From assembly GCA_001949185.1 (NCBI GenBank), contig BDGG01000004.1, positions 2,732,912 to 2,796,911 on the forward strand: a stretch of DNA of 64,000 nt, given 5' to 3'. The translations under genes and the position numbers were made by a program. This DNA comes from Ramazzottius varieornatus (taxonomy: Eukaryota; Animalia; Tardigrada). The notes under the pieces were generated by a model that saw only the letters and a list, made by a program, of their open reading frames with translations, was not told the origin of the DNA and did no database searches. Shown here piece by piece: positions 52,498 to 64,000 of this stretch. Numbering within the stretch: position 1 is the first letter of the stretch; each line of letters starts with the position of its first letter.

Positions 52498-53480
52498 AGG
52501 TTTCCATCCTCAATCTTCCCCTCAAAGATTAGTCCCGCCCTGTTAACGGAGAACTTTCCAGCTGGTACGCGTACTCGACCGCTAATTTGATCCCGTCATC
52601 GTTAGCCACATATGTGAAGTCTTCAGGAAGCGGGATACCGAAACTCATTTGGGGACTACATGTAATTCGATAACCTACTGTCGACTCAGCGACAACTTAA
52701 TTGCTCAACATACATACGAAGTCTGATCCGCCACCGAGCACTGCAGGTGTATATACCGTACTTCACTTGATTCTGTGGGACATGGCACTAGACAGGAGGC
52801 CACGGCCAGAAGAGCAGGGGACCTTCTGGGCTTCAAACTCTCTTCGAACCGAGCAACAGCTGATTCAAAACAACAGCAATGGATCGGTCCCTTCCTTTTC
52901 TTGTCACCATTTACTCATTTACAGGTCCTGGAAAATATCTGTGTGATATCCCATGACCGGACTACATTATTTTCCGGCGGCAGCCAGATTTTTGACAGCG
53001 AAACTCAAAACCGGAAACGTTACTCAAACCAAGTGCAAGAACCACCACACGAGTTATCACTCGTGCGCCACCTGTAGGCGGTCTTACCTGGCATACGTTC
53101 AATACAAGTCGTGTAGCACAATCAATTAAATCAACCGTTCAGGTTTCTTTTCACCACTCTAACTATATACTTCTAGCATTTTCATATTCATATATGGATA
53201 TAGTTGCATAATCTCCTCGGTTTGTGATCGCCTGATTCTTTCAGTTTCGTCTCTGGATCCTGCGATCTTAAGCCTAGATAAACCACAGTTTTCCACGTTT
53301 GAAAGTTGGAACAGCTTGCCTGTAATGGATGGAAGGCGCTTGGCTTGTAAGTTCCGATGCCTGTATAGGACGCCGAGTTCTACAGTCCATCTAGTGTATA
53401 TATCTCCATGAGTGTGGAAGTTTGTTGTCTGAACCGTGGCATGTTTGGCATCTGTGGGTTAAAGTCTCCCATCTGACAAC

Positions 53481-56400
53481 ATGGCTGCGCCCGCTATCAG
53501 ACCTCCGGAGAATGCTCGTTTGGCAGATTACTTCGTAATCTGCGGACTTGATGCGTCAGCTGATCTGGAACCTGAAGCTCAAGCGGAGAATGACTCCGGT
53601 GATAGTGTAGCTCCGCTGGAGCGCTCCTACCAATGTCGCGTACTTGCTCATTACCCCGAATTCGTGCCATGGAACCCCTTCGACGAAAAGGCTGTCCGCA
53701 TGGTTTGTAGATAACTCCGCGATATTCATTTCCGGATAATCGAATACTTGTATCAATGTCATAATGCTTTTCTGTTCGTAGCTTTGCATGCCTGGATGTT
53801 TAACGTTCCGGACGGAAAAGAGGATAGCTTCTCCCAAGTACCACACCTTCCTAGTTACACGGGAAGATGGGACAAGGTACTACGGCTATGCACTCACTTT
53901 CTTTGAGGAAGTCACCGACGAGAACATATGTCGAGCTATCGCGACACTACAGGTATGCCCGTTGCTCATTGCAGAAGCACATATATGATGAGCTTAGGTT
54001 AGTTATATGCATGGAGTATAATATAGAGATTCTTGCCTTGGTGTTGGACAAATTTTGATATCTTGATATATGTGGGTATTTTGAGGTATTTTGCTAATCG
54101 CGAAAGATGGGTTTCCTTGCAGGAAATGCACTTGACGGAGGTGGCTTCCAAGCGACGGCAGTATGTTCGCGGAGCTTCACATACAAACTCCCTGCCACGT
54201 TCCATGAAAATCGGAAGTCACCGGTTGACCACACCGTCAGAGGATATCAGTTCAAGTAGCGCCATGTTATTCGATCCGACAAGAGATCGTCTGTTTGTCA
54301 ACAAGTGCATATGCTACGTGTCACAGCATCAATTTGTGGTGGCCTTCCGGCTTTTGCTGCAGTCATTGTACGACCGCCACCGTGGCCAGCCTCCGCACCT
54401 TCTACCGCTGGAAAGCTATGTCTTTAGCGTCCTGTACGAGATTTGTGTGCCAGGTCCCGGAGAGAGCTCACGGTTCTACTTTTACCCCGATTCTTTCTTT
54501 GTACTGCAAGTACCAGGTAGTTTCGGTTGTTCCCATTTAAATTCGTCTAAACGATATTCATATGATATTGATGCCTTGTGCTATTCCAGCGAAACACGAG
54601 CTACCGCTGTTCGAATACCCAATGAGGTCCCTCTTCGCGCTGTTTGGAGTGGACACTGTGGTCGATCTGGTTAGCTGCGCGTTGCTGGAATATCAGATAC
54701 TACTTTGCTCAAAAGGTTTGGCTTGAGAATACATCGACGCTTTCATAGGTTCAGCGTTTATTGTCTGAAGTACTCGTAGCATCATTCGTTGCTTTTTCTC
54801 AGATGACTTTCTACTGATGCTGGTCGCGGAGTGCCTGGCTACCCTCCTCTTTCCCTTTGCGTGGCAGCATGTCTATGTGCCAATTTTGCCCGAATCCATG
54901 GTCTCGTTTCTGGATGCTCCTGTTCCCTTCATCATGGGCTTACATCGCCGAGACCGCGTTCTGGACGTTCCAAGGACTGAGGTAAACTTTTGCTAATATC
55001 AGTATGCGGAATGCTGCTTCTGTTCATGCGTACCTTGCGCTGTACACTTACTGTGGAGCGTGTGGATGCAGGTACATTGAGCTGTAGAAATATCAGAGCG
55101 AAGCGACAGGTCAATGTGGTTGTAATTTGCGTTGCAGGGGAATGTTTGCTTCGTGGACATTGACTTTCAGAAAGTGCGGCTTCCCGAAGAAAGCCTACCA
55201 TTGTTCCCTAATCGTCAGTATTTGATAAAGGAATTGACGAACGTGGTGCGGTGCTATGGTGCAACCATTAACACTGAGTTCGTAAGGCAGCGAATCCAGC
55301 AGAAAGGAAAGGGTCTGCCCCGAAAGTTCTCTCTTACCGACATGACATTGCGCAACTCAAATAACCCAGGCCAAAACATACCAAACCTGCCGAAATCGAG
55401 TGTGGCACAGCCTGTGCTTTCAAGTCAGGAGAACATGCAGAACGAGAATATGTCGCCGAAACGAGGAAGTCGCGGGAATGCTGTGGACGGCAGCGCTGAA
55501 ATGATTATCTCCTACGTCGACGATATGCGCTTCAACATCGCCATTCGCGAGATCTTCCTGAATCGATTTGTACAGATGTTTCACTCGTATGAACATTTCG
55601 TTCTTCATGCCGATGCCGCGGAGTCACAGCGGGAAAGCGTTCACACTTTCGACAAGGTACCCCAAAAACATTCCCATTCGAAACCGGGATGTTATGTGAA
55701 TGGGTCCGGTTATTTTTTTAGGTGGTATTCCTGTCGGATCAACCCGATACCCACTTGGCCTGGCTTTCCCCGTTTCTTGAGACTCAAATGTACGTACACT
55801 TCCGGGTTGGTAATATCATGAGGACACTGTGAACTTATGCGTCTTTTTATCGTAGGTTTGCGACTTTTATTGACGGGAGAATTCAGAATAAGACGGGTAT
55901 CGCCGAAAACGTGGAGACCAGCACGGCGTTCCAGAGTAGAGTTGAAAAAGTGCGTCAGCAGATGGGGGAATCATTAGTTCGTGCCGACAAGTACCAGCCG
56001 TGCACATCGATAGAGAAGTCCGAGTTTTCGTTCGTCCACCGGCTAAAGACCCTTCATTCCGCTAGTCCGAAACCTCGACAGATGCTGAACATGAAACGAA
56101 GCCTGTCCATTGCGGAGAAAGGAAGAAAGAGTTTCCCGCTTTTGGACAAGCCAGTTCTCAACCCCGTCAGCCAACCGTAGGGTTACCGCCATCACCGTCC
56201 CACTAAGCCACAGTTGTCGATTGTGGTTAATGACTTACATTGTTACAGGATTGTGGACATTGCTCTGAATACCAAAAGAAAAGGTTCTGCTATCCTTCCG
56301 AACGGACAGAAGAAGGAAAGTAACCAGATTCCGATGTCGACACAGCAGTCTGGCGGCGATATGACGCCGTCGTCTATGGTCACAGAGAACTGGGATTTCG

Positions 56401-59400
56401 TGGACAAGCTGTTGAAGGAATGCAAATCAAGGGTATCGAACCGGAAATTTTACTTGTATCGCACTATGTCTTTGACAAAGTAGCGAAAAATCCTTTGTTG
56501 TTTTCCGGCTAGACTAAAAGGATGTTGGTCGAGAAGCTCAGCAAAGAAGCGGTCGAACTGGGGAACAATCATGAAGGCCTCGTGACAGGTATAGAAGAAA
56601 ATACTCAGATAGCCAGTCTGTGCGATCTGCTGGAGCGAGTGTGGAACCACGGACTGCACACGAAACAAGTACGTACCATACACAAACTGAACTGGCCGTA
56701 CGTGAACTCGACATACTTTGATGATTTCCAACTCGCGCATTTCAGGGGAAATCTAGCCTGTGGTCACATCTGTTGTATTACCAGCAACGACACGATAAGA
56801 TAGAGGAAAAGCAATCGGCGGTGCCGCAAGATCAGCCAGGTACCTCGGCATTTTCTCTCGGCTGATCAACTGGCGTTCTCTAACTTGTGTGTCTTCTGCT
56901 TCGTTCTCCGAAAAACCCGTGAAACACCACGATTTTCTGAGGCGACCCGGTCTCAGCAAAGTCTTTGTAAAATTGTCGCTAACTTTACTTCTTGTAGTGT
57001 TGGCGTGGAACGTCCTCCGTCAGCGTCTTGAATGTATGTAGCTAACTCATTAACCAACTAGCAAACCGATGCGCCACTTCCGGGTCATAGGAGCTTTGTA
57101 CCCTGTATGAATGGTTCTTGTGTTTCTTCAGCTCGTGACGTCATAAGGGTGATCATCGTGTGCTTTTTCGATCTGCTTGTCTTAGTGCACGTGTTAAGTA
57201 CTCAATGCGCGTTTGGCAGCTGCTTGTGTCGGGATCGCTTCGCAAGCTTGCACGAGGTTGAATGATAAACTGTCTTATTCTTTTAATTTATTTTCTTGTG
57301 TTTTATCTTTATTTATCTTATATTTGAATTCCTGCAGCCGAGCCGCGTAACCGAAGTTCATCTCGCGTACGTATCATCGAAGCTGCGAGACTGGGCAACC
57401 TGACGTTGGCCAAGCTCCAGCATCTTGTGGGATCTCCGAAGTCGTCTACAGGTGCCTATTTTACTTCTTCCATTGTTTATCTTATTGGTTTATCTTCGAT
57501 TTTTACGGTCGCGTAACTTAAGTTTTTAACCTGTTGTTCTGTCGAAGATCCGGCGAGCAATCCTGCCATGGTGACTCACATTTTTTTGTCCTAGAAGTAA
57601 TTCTGTGTTTCCTTTACAGATTTGGCATCCGTCAGCATGGATCTTGGCGGAAGTGCTTTGGGGTACCCTTCTCGAGGTACAACCGGGCAGACGGAAACCG
57701 ACAGCTTGGATTCCTCTCCCTCTTCTTTGCTCTTCGATATGAAGTAAGAAAGCCTCCATTTTAGTCTAATGGCTATGGTCGGTCTGAAAGTCTTCACTTA
57801 AGGACATATGTTCTCCAGGAACGTACTGGCGATGCCGGAAGTCCGCACGGCACTCGGCTACGCCCGCGCATGGGTCCGTCTTTCATTGGAGAAGAAGCTT
57901 CTTGCCAAACATCTTAGGGCACTCCTAGCAGACTCTGTCTTACTTGAGTAAGTTCACCGATGGTTTTCTTGGAATTCGTGTTATCACTGCTGGTGGAAAA
58001 CAATACTCTAATTGCAGCTCGCTGTACAAACGGTACGCCTTTCTTCGGAACGAAGACGAGCGCGAACAGTTTGTCTTTCATCTGCTGTCGCTCAACGCCG
58101 TGGACTTCTACTGCTTCACCAATACATTTGTGAACACATGTAAGGGTGAAGTTTTTTCCGCCCCGCTTTTCCGGTCATTAGAATATGGGTTGCTTTTTCG
58201 GATAGTGATCCCGTATCGAGTGATCTTCTTCCCAAGCCGAAAAATCACCTCCAGCATGCCGTCCAACTTTTGGTTTTCTTTGAGCGGTGCTTTGGGAGAC
58301 TCGGGAAACATCTTTCTGACCAAGTCAAGCCTTCAAATGGTGTTTCAGCGAAAGAACCTCGGACTTCTCACGACCATTCGCATAGGTCTGGGCAAAGACT
58401 ATCCAAACTCCAAATGTCTGATTGACCAAATTCTGGTGCGCAATGAAGTCACCGGCCATCTTGCGAGGTACTTTGTTATGTTGCGAGCTTATGTCGATTT
58501 TTCGAATCACATAATCTTGGCGGTTCTCACATTCTGTATCCTGTTTGCCCTAGGTTTCCATGTGGTCGATGGCTTGGGCGTAATGTTGACGATGGAAGCG
58601 TCGAAAGATTATTGGTCGCCGATTTCGCATCATCAGCACCGGAATACTGCGCGTCAACCGGCAGTGATCTTCGTAGTTCCACCCTTCCTCGCACTCCATC
58701 GCGCACTCGTTCCCCCAGCGCCAGTCGAAGGTCAACTGATTCCAGTAAGTCAAATTAACAAGTTTTGTACTACTGCTTGAAGAGTGAAGACAAGTTAGAA
58801 ATTCTGTAGGATTCACCGCTGCCGAGATTCAGCAGATACTCGGGGATGCCGCTAACTCGATCGTGAAGTACTACTTCAAACCGGAAAAAGAGGTAGGAGC
58901 AATGAAGTCACAGTTTCCTCCTGTGTGGTTTCTCCGTCGTACTTTTCGCTGATGCTTTAATCCTCGTAGCGCGGAAGTATAACTGGTTTGTTATGCGGTG
59001 AGATGGGCTTGGTATTCTGTCTGGAGCAAGCGCTACTTTATGGCACCGCCCAAATGCGGCTTTTACGGCAAATATTCGTATGGAACATTTTCGGTAAAGA
59101 AAATTGATACTTTTTGTATTGATTGCTTTGCATTCTGCTTGAGCCAGTCGAAACCGAATACCATGTTGCAGAGAAGAGCGACAACTTCTTTCGTGCGGAG
59201 TTACTGGGGGAGAAACGGATGCCACTGCAGCGTCGCGAAGACATCCGCACGTTCTGTCGGCTGGTTCGACAGATCAACTCGTCGCCTTCCCTAGGCAAAG
59301 ATGGGAAGTTCCAAGTCTTTGCGGCTCTTTCCTTACGGTGAGAACTACGTTGTCTCGTAACTCCAAGAAGAGCGTGGGCGTAATGTGAAATTGTCTGATG

Positions 59401-59596
59401 TGTTAGAGATCGGTGTCTGGATAAATGGCTCGACTTGGTTCGGTCGTGTCCGATCGTGGATTCCATCTACGACCGCAACAGTTTCATCCGTGATCCCGCC
59501 ATGTTTGAGTTCTTGATGGACATTCTGGAGTCACTCAAAGAGTTCCAGATAGTATTGGAACCGTCGATTACCAAAGGTTTTGACCATCACTCGTGA
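53481..59596 (+). CDS. DENND5: DENN domain protein 5 (Rab6-interacting; uDENN-DENN-dDENN, RUN, PLAT, RUN), multi-exon
   Basis: [12 protein letters not shown]; [13 protein letters not shown]; [14 protein letters not shown]; IREIFLNRF; [10 protein letters not shown]...[13 protein letters not shown]; [12 protein letters not shown]; [20 protein letters not shown]; GKDGKFQVF. Confidence 0.95.
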
Positions 59597-59835
59597 GCGA
59601 TAAGTTTTTGTTTTAGCCGTCCAAGTCCCCGAACCGTTGTTTGTACTGGATGTGATTTGTTTCGTTTTCGTTTTCGTTTCGATTTCAAGTTTTACAAAGT
59701 TTGATTTGTCGTCTTACTGATTTTACCGTTTCAGTTCAAACAAGTGGCCTTGAAAAGCCAAAGACTTTACGCAGTATTGGGAAGACAGAAAAATATATGT
59801 ACAAAAATTACTGGAGAATGAAGATCAGGTCGAGA

Positions 59836-62800
59836 TCAACGGCGGTTATTTCGTAAAACATTTCGAAAGTCCACTTGGCTGACTGGCTCGTAAGATTTTG
59901 CAAAGGACGGAGACACAGGGTTGAAAGAAGTTTTTCTTAAAACTTTTCTGAAATCATTATTGTTGTCTGTACAACCGAAGGAATCTGGACTTGCAACACC
60001 GGTATGCATAGTCTCGGCTGGAACACCTTGCACTTGGCTATCCCTGTTGAAATGCGGACGAGAATCTTCTGCTGTTTGTCTTATGTTAATTTGCAAAGGT
60101 TCCACTTCCACTTCCGATCTCATCTGTCCATGGAAAGACGGAGCACGCTTTACCAGGTTTTGGTTTGTGATATCCCCAAGGACCCTAGCAGGAGACTGCT
60201 GGGCCATACGCTCCACGCTGTGAGCTGTGCGGTCTTGTTTCTTCCAGCAGGGCGGTCTCGAACTGACAGAGGCAGAGTCGGAAGTACCGCCTTTCTCAAA
60301 GGCTGCTATGAAGGCTTTCACTCTCGAACATCGCGTGCTCTGCTTGTCGGTGCTTTCAGCAGGTTCCACAACGTCACTTATGTTCGAGCTCCTCTTTCTG
60401 GATATTTGCTTCTTGGAAGAAGGTGGTAGGTCCCTTGGTGGGTGACAGTGAGCGTCCTTGTTGGACGAACTCGGGAGACTTTCCATGTCAATATCGTGCC
60501 GATGGGCCTGGAAGTTCTCGTTGTCTTTGACGCGTTTAAGGTTCTTGGCGAGAGGCTTCTCTTGTACTGGAGGTTGATGTTTGGTGTGGGGGACGGGGGA
60601 AAGCTGTTCGGTTTCACTGAGTGGGGAAGAGCAAGGGCGTTTCCGGTTAGCCTGCATCTTATCCGGTACCTGGACTTGCATTACAATGTTTGGATGTTTC
60701 AACTTCCTCCTCTGATGGATTAAATGTCTGCATCGTCGACGTACAATCCAGCCACGGAACACTGGAAAATATTTACAGTGAACAAGCGCCTTCGACTAAT
60801 TAACTACAGTACAACTAACCTTTCTGGATTGTTGTCGCGCAGTGCTTCCTGAGCTGGAGATAGTCTAAGTATCTCTTCCTGGCCATCCATCCGCGAAACC
60901 TTGTTTGGATTCTTGTTGCTGCCGTTATGAGAAGGTTGAGCTTTACGGAGAGCTGATCAGCTACATAATGTTTCAGGAAAACCTTCGGCAATAAGCAATA
61001 GTACGGAATAGCTAATAGGCAAAGCAAGTAATTTCCTGACTTACTTTGGTCCGGCCCGTCACCCAACCCGATTCGGGAATTTGCAGTTGACGAAGCACAG
61101 CTTTACAGCTATCTGCGGTACTCTGGATGTGTCGGTTCCACGAAAAAGCCAGGACGTAGTAACTGAAAATATCCCATTCAAAATAGAACGATCAGAGTTT
61201 AGCGAAAGCAGATAAAATTACCGTTTTAGAAAGTCCGAGAACGTGACACGGTATGCATGTCCCTCCCGTCTGATCCTGGCGGTTTCGAGGACTCCCGCGT
61301 AGCACAGTTGCAGCTTCACCTTGGAGTAGCAGAAGAAACCAGCCGCCATCTCATCATTAGGCTTGATGCATCTAGATTAACACACGGTCTCAAACAATAA
61401 GAGTCGAGGATGAAAAAGTACGAGTGGCGAAAACAAGATTTGCTTCTACAGTACAACTTGCCTTATGAAATGAGGGTTGCCTGCAACGATCTTGGAGAGA
61501 AGGTCCATAAGTGAATACCGGAAGTGGGTCGACAAGCTCTGCTGTGCCTTGGTTTGACTGGCCAATGTTCTCAGCCGCTTATTCTGGTTCCTCGAGATGT
61601 TCAATCCACCTAGTGCACCACTGAGCAGGACAGACGAAGAAAACAGCGGTCTGGACTCGACAGTAGCCACGCCCTCACACAGGTTACCCGTTCTGGACAG
61701 AAGATTGTGGAAAAGTGTCCCCAATAGCGGTATCTCGGACGTCCTCATCACCCGAATGATGTCCGTAGCAAGGTAGTCTCGGTTCTTTTCCAAAAACCCA
61801 TGAACGCTATACTCAATCTAACGAGAAGAAAACCGAGGAATTCATGTATGTCTCACTTTGGTGATACAGTAGAAACTAGGAAGATCTTACTTTGCCAGCA
61901 TAGTGTTCAATAAGGAACCGTGAGCCGTCTGTTCGATTGCGCTGGTACAGCGAAGAGCTTCTCAGGTTGTACTCGAACTTTTCAGCCAGGGACTGATCTG
62001 TTGATTTGGGGAATCTAGACTCTTCGTCCATCAATGCCAGGATACCAACCGGCTTTGACAAAAAGAGGTCAAGAACGGGTCGGTTATCACAGAAAACAAT
62101 GGGGATCCAGTCGAGTCCTTCTTCGGCGTACTCCTTTTGCTCCCAGGTGAACACAGTGTGGTTGAAAAAATACTGAAGTTGTTCGTTCTGGAAACATCAC
62201 AGGCTTCTCGGTAATGCGAAACGCCATGTATAGTCGAACAGTATGTCGATAACTTATAAAGTGGATGAGGATATTCTTACGGTAATATTTATGTACATCT
62301 GTTCGACTGAGTTGGTCTTGAAGTTTTCAAATCCAAAGATATCCAGAATGGCAACCGAGGAGATCGGATCACTACGAGAAAAGTACGCCTATATTTAATC
62401 ACTGTAACGCATGGTGTCACTGCGGAGTACCGAAAAGTACCTTGCGCTGCCGTGAGCTTGAGGGTTGGTTGCGCTTAGATGGCGGTTGATCTGGTTGACT
62501 ATCCAGTCAAACAAGCGTCCATAAAGCGCTTTGGCAAGGCTGTCCCGTACATTTCTCGATTCGGCAGTGCTGAGGTGGCGGTTAATTGACTCTCCTTTTG
62601 TTACGACCAGCTCTCGAGTGAGCGCTTCGCTTAGCTCATGTATGTTGATGGCCAGGAGCTTCGCCACTGAATCCAAAAACGCGCTTGATGACGTCACTGC
62701 GAACCAAGACTGCAGCAGATGGCAGAGTGCTTACCGGTTACCAATGTATCAACATTGCTAATGACACTTCTGTCATCCATATGTCTGACTTCCTGCGCGG

Positions 62801-64000
62801 ACTGGAACTGAATGTCACCCAGATGGAGGATGGCTGCCAGTACACGGTACACCGACGTTAATTCTTGCAAGTTGAACCCAATATTTTGTAGATGGTCGTG
62901 GAGCAAAGCGAATTTGGCTCGATGAGCCGAGACCAGAGCCGCATTGTCGCCCGTGTATTTGTTCAAGTAATTGTGTCCATGACGGGGCTTCAGGTTGTAA
63001 AAGTCTTGGGCTGAAGAATTAGGAAGGTTGGTCGCTCTGCTCAGTCCATCATATACGTAGTAGAAGACATGGAAATTTTCTTCATTTCTACAATACACAA
63101 CATCACTATTTCGTTCAGTTGTATCCAAATATGTATGGTATTAGAAACTGTGCACCAATAAAAATAATGACTTTGTGATCTCAGTTGATTAGTCAATCAA
63201 CCCATGGGTCGTCACATTTACATACTATAACCTCGAGCGCAACTAGCGCAACTAGCTCGTATGATCTACATTATGCTTTCTGTATCACTGTATTTTGGTT
63301 CGTTCATCGCTAAATATTAATACGAGCAACAGTACGCAGGATGGGTTTTTTACAAGTAAACGTACGGAGCCTGGTGAACCACTCGGCCTTTTTCCAGAAG
63401 ATACTCCGAGAGCCTGACAGCGCTCAGGTGACCAGCTTTGCTGAAGAGCAACTCCATGTACTTGCCAAAGCGTGAGCTGTTTTCGTTGAGACCTATTCAT
63501 GAAAGTGTATTAATACACAGGTCGTGCTTTCATAATTATATCAGGACCATTGACCATTCGATCAAGTTCGGATCGTCGATACTCATGAAAGGCAAAACTG
63601 GCTTGAAAAAAATTGGACTAACCAGTCTCTTACCGGTCTTGGCATTGCCGAAAGCTTCCATCGCCGTACTGATTATGAGGATCTTTTGTTCGAGAGTCTT
63701 GTTGACCGTCTGAAAGCGGCTTTTAGTTAGATAAGCCATGGTGGTCTGTGAAATGAACAATGGACAAAAGAGCATGCATGAACTCCACGTACCCGCCCGA
63801 GCCGAGTTAAATGCTGGATCAAGTACTTTGCGTTTTCCGTCTTGCCGGATCCGGATTCACCAGATATCACTACCACCTAAACCAAACTATGAGAGCCATC
63901 CAGACTGAAGCGACTTCTCAAATCTTTCTGTACCTGGTTTTGCGCACTCTGAAGCATGGTGTGATATGCGGAATCGGAGATCCCGAAAATGTGAGGCGGC
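59836..64000 (-). CDS. Class III myosin-like (motor, two IQ motifs, tail with DFRxxL motifs); 5' part outside window
   Basis: ISGESGSGKTESAK; EAFGNAKT...[85 protein letters not shown] and DFRNVL in tail. Confidence 0.85.

Noticed and set aside
57070-57080. TGCGCCACTT half-site in a DENND5 intron (also GTGCGCCAC at 53063)
   Set aside because: No GGCGCA partner 27 nt upstream and no arms; not counted as a family copy.
59660-59681. (TTTCG)n microsatellite; also AGCGCAACT x2 near 63236
   Set aside because: Short simple repeats with no sign of function.

Overview
Eukaryotic (animal) genomic DNA, very gene-dense (16 genes in 64 kb), with mostly ~55-100 nt spliceosomal introns. Gene content (Spaetzle, MIP/allatostatin-B, myosin III) points to a compact-genome ecdysozoan; a tardigrade such as Ramazzottius is plausible but only inferred. 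Gene order: liprin-beta (+, 5' end outside the window), CDK8 (-), KIF21-like kinesin (+), divergent HSPA12-like (-), EDEM2 (-), prefoldin 1 (+), dystrophin (+), ELOVL elongase (+), Spaetzle 3/4-like (+), RPS10 (-), CHERP-like (+), mitochondrial GPD2 (+), MIP/AstB precursor (-), DENND5 (+), myosin III (-, 5' end outside the window). CDS coordinates span first to last coding base including introns; exon joins were read by eye. The main unexplained signal is a dispersed intronic palindromic element: six copies in five genes, each with core GTGGCGCA-N27-TGCGCCAC. The spacer is exactly 27 nt in every copy and carries a positionally fixed, directional motif (YYRGYYRWNRAC), while the outer arms and TIR-like ends (TGGGACGTCGGCAAA) have diverged. 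Other observations: an unrelated MITE with a 9-bp TSD, four GC-AG introns, domain-reduced KIF21/CHERP/dystrophin, a Spaetzle with a mucin-like tail, a probable pseudo-ATPase Hsp70, and candidate regulated cassette exons.
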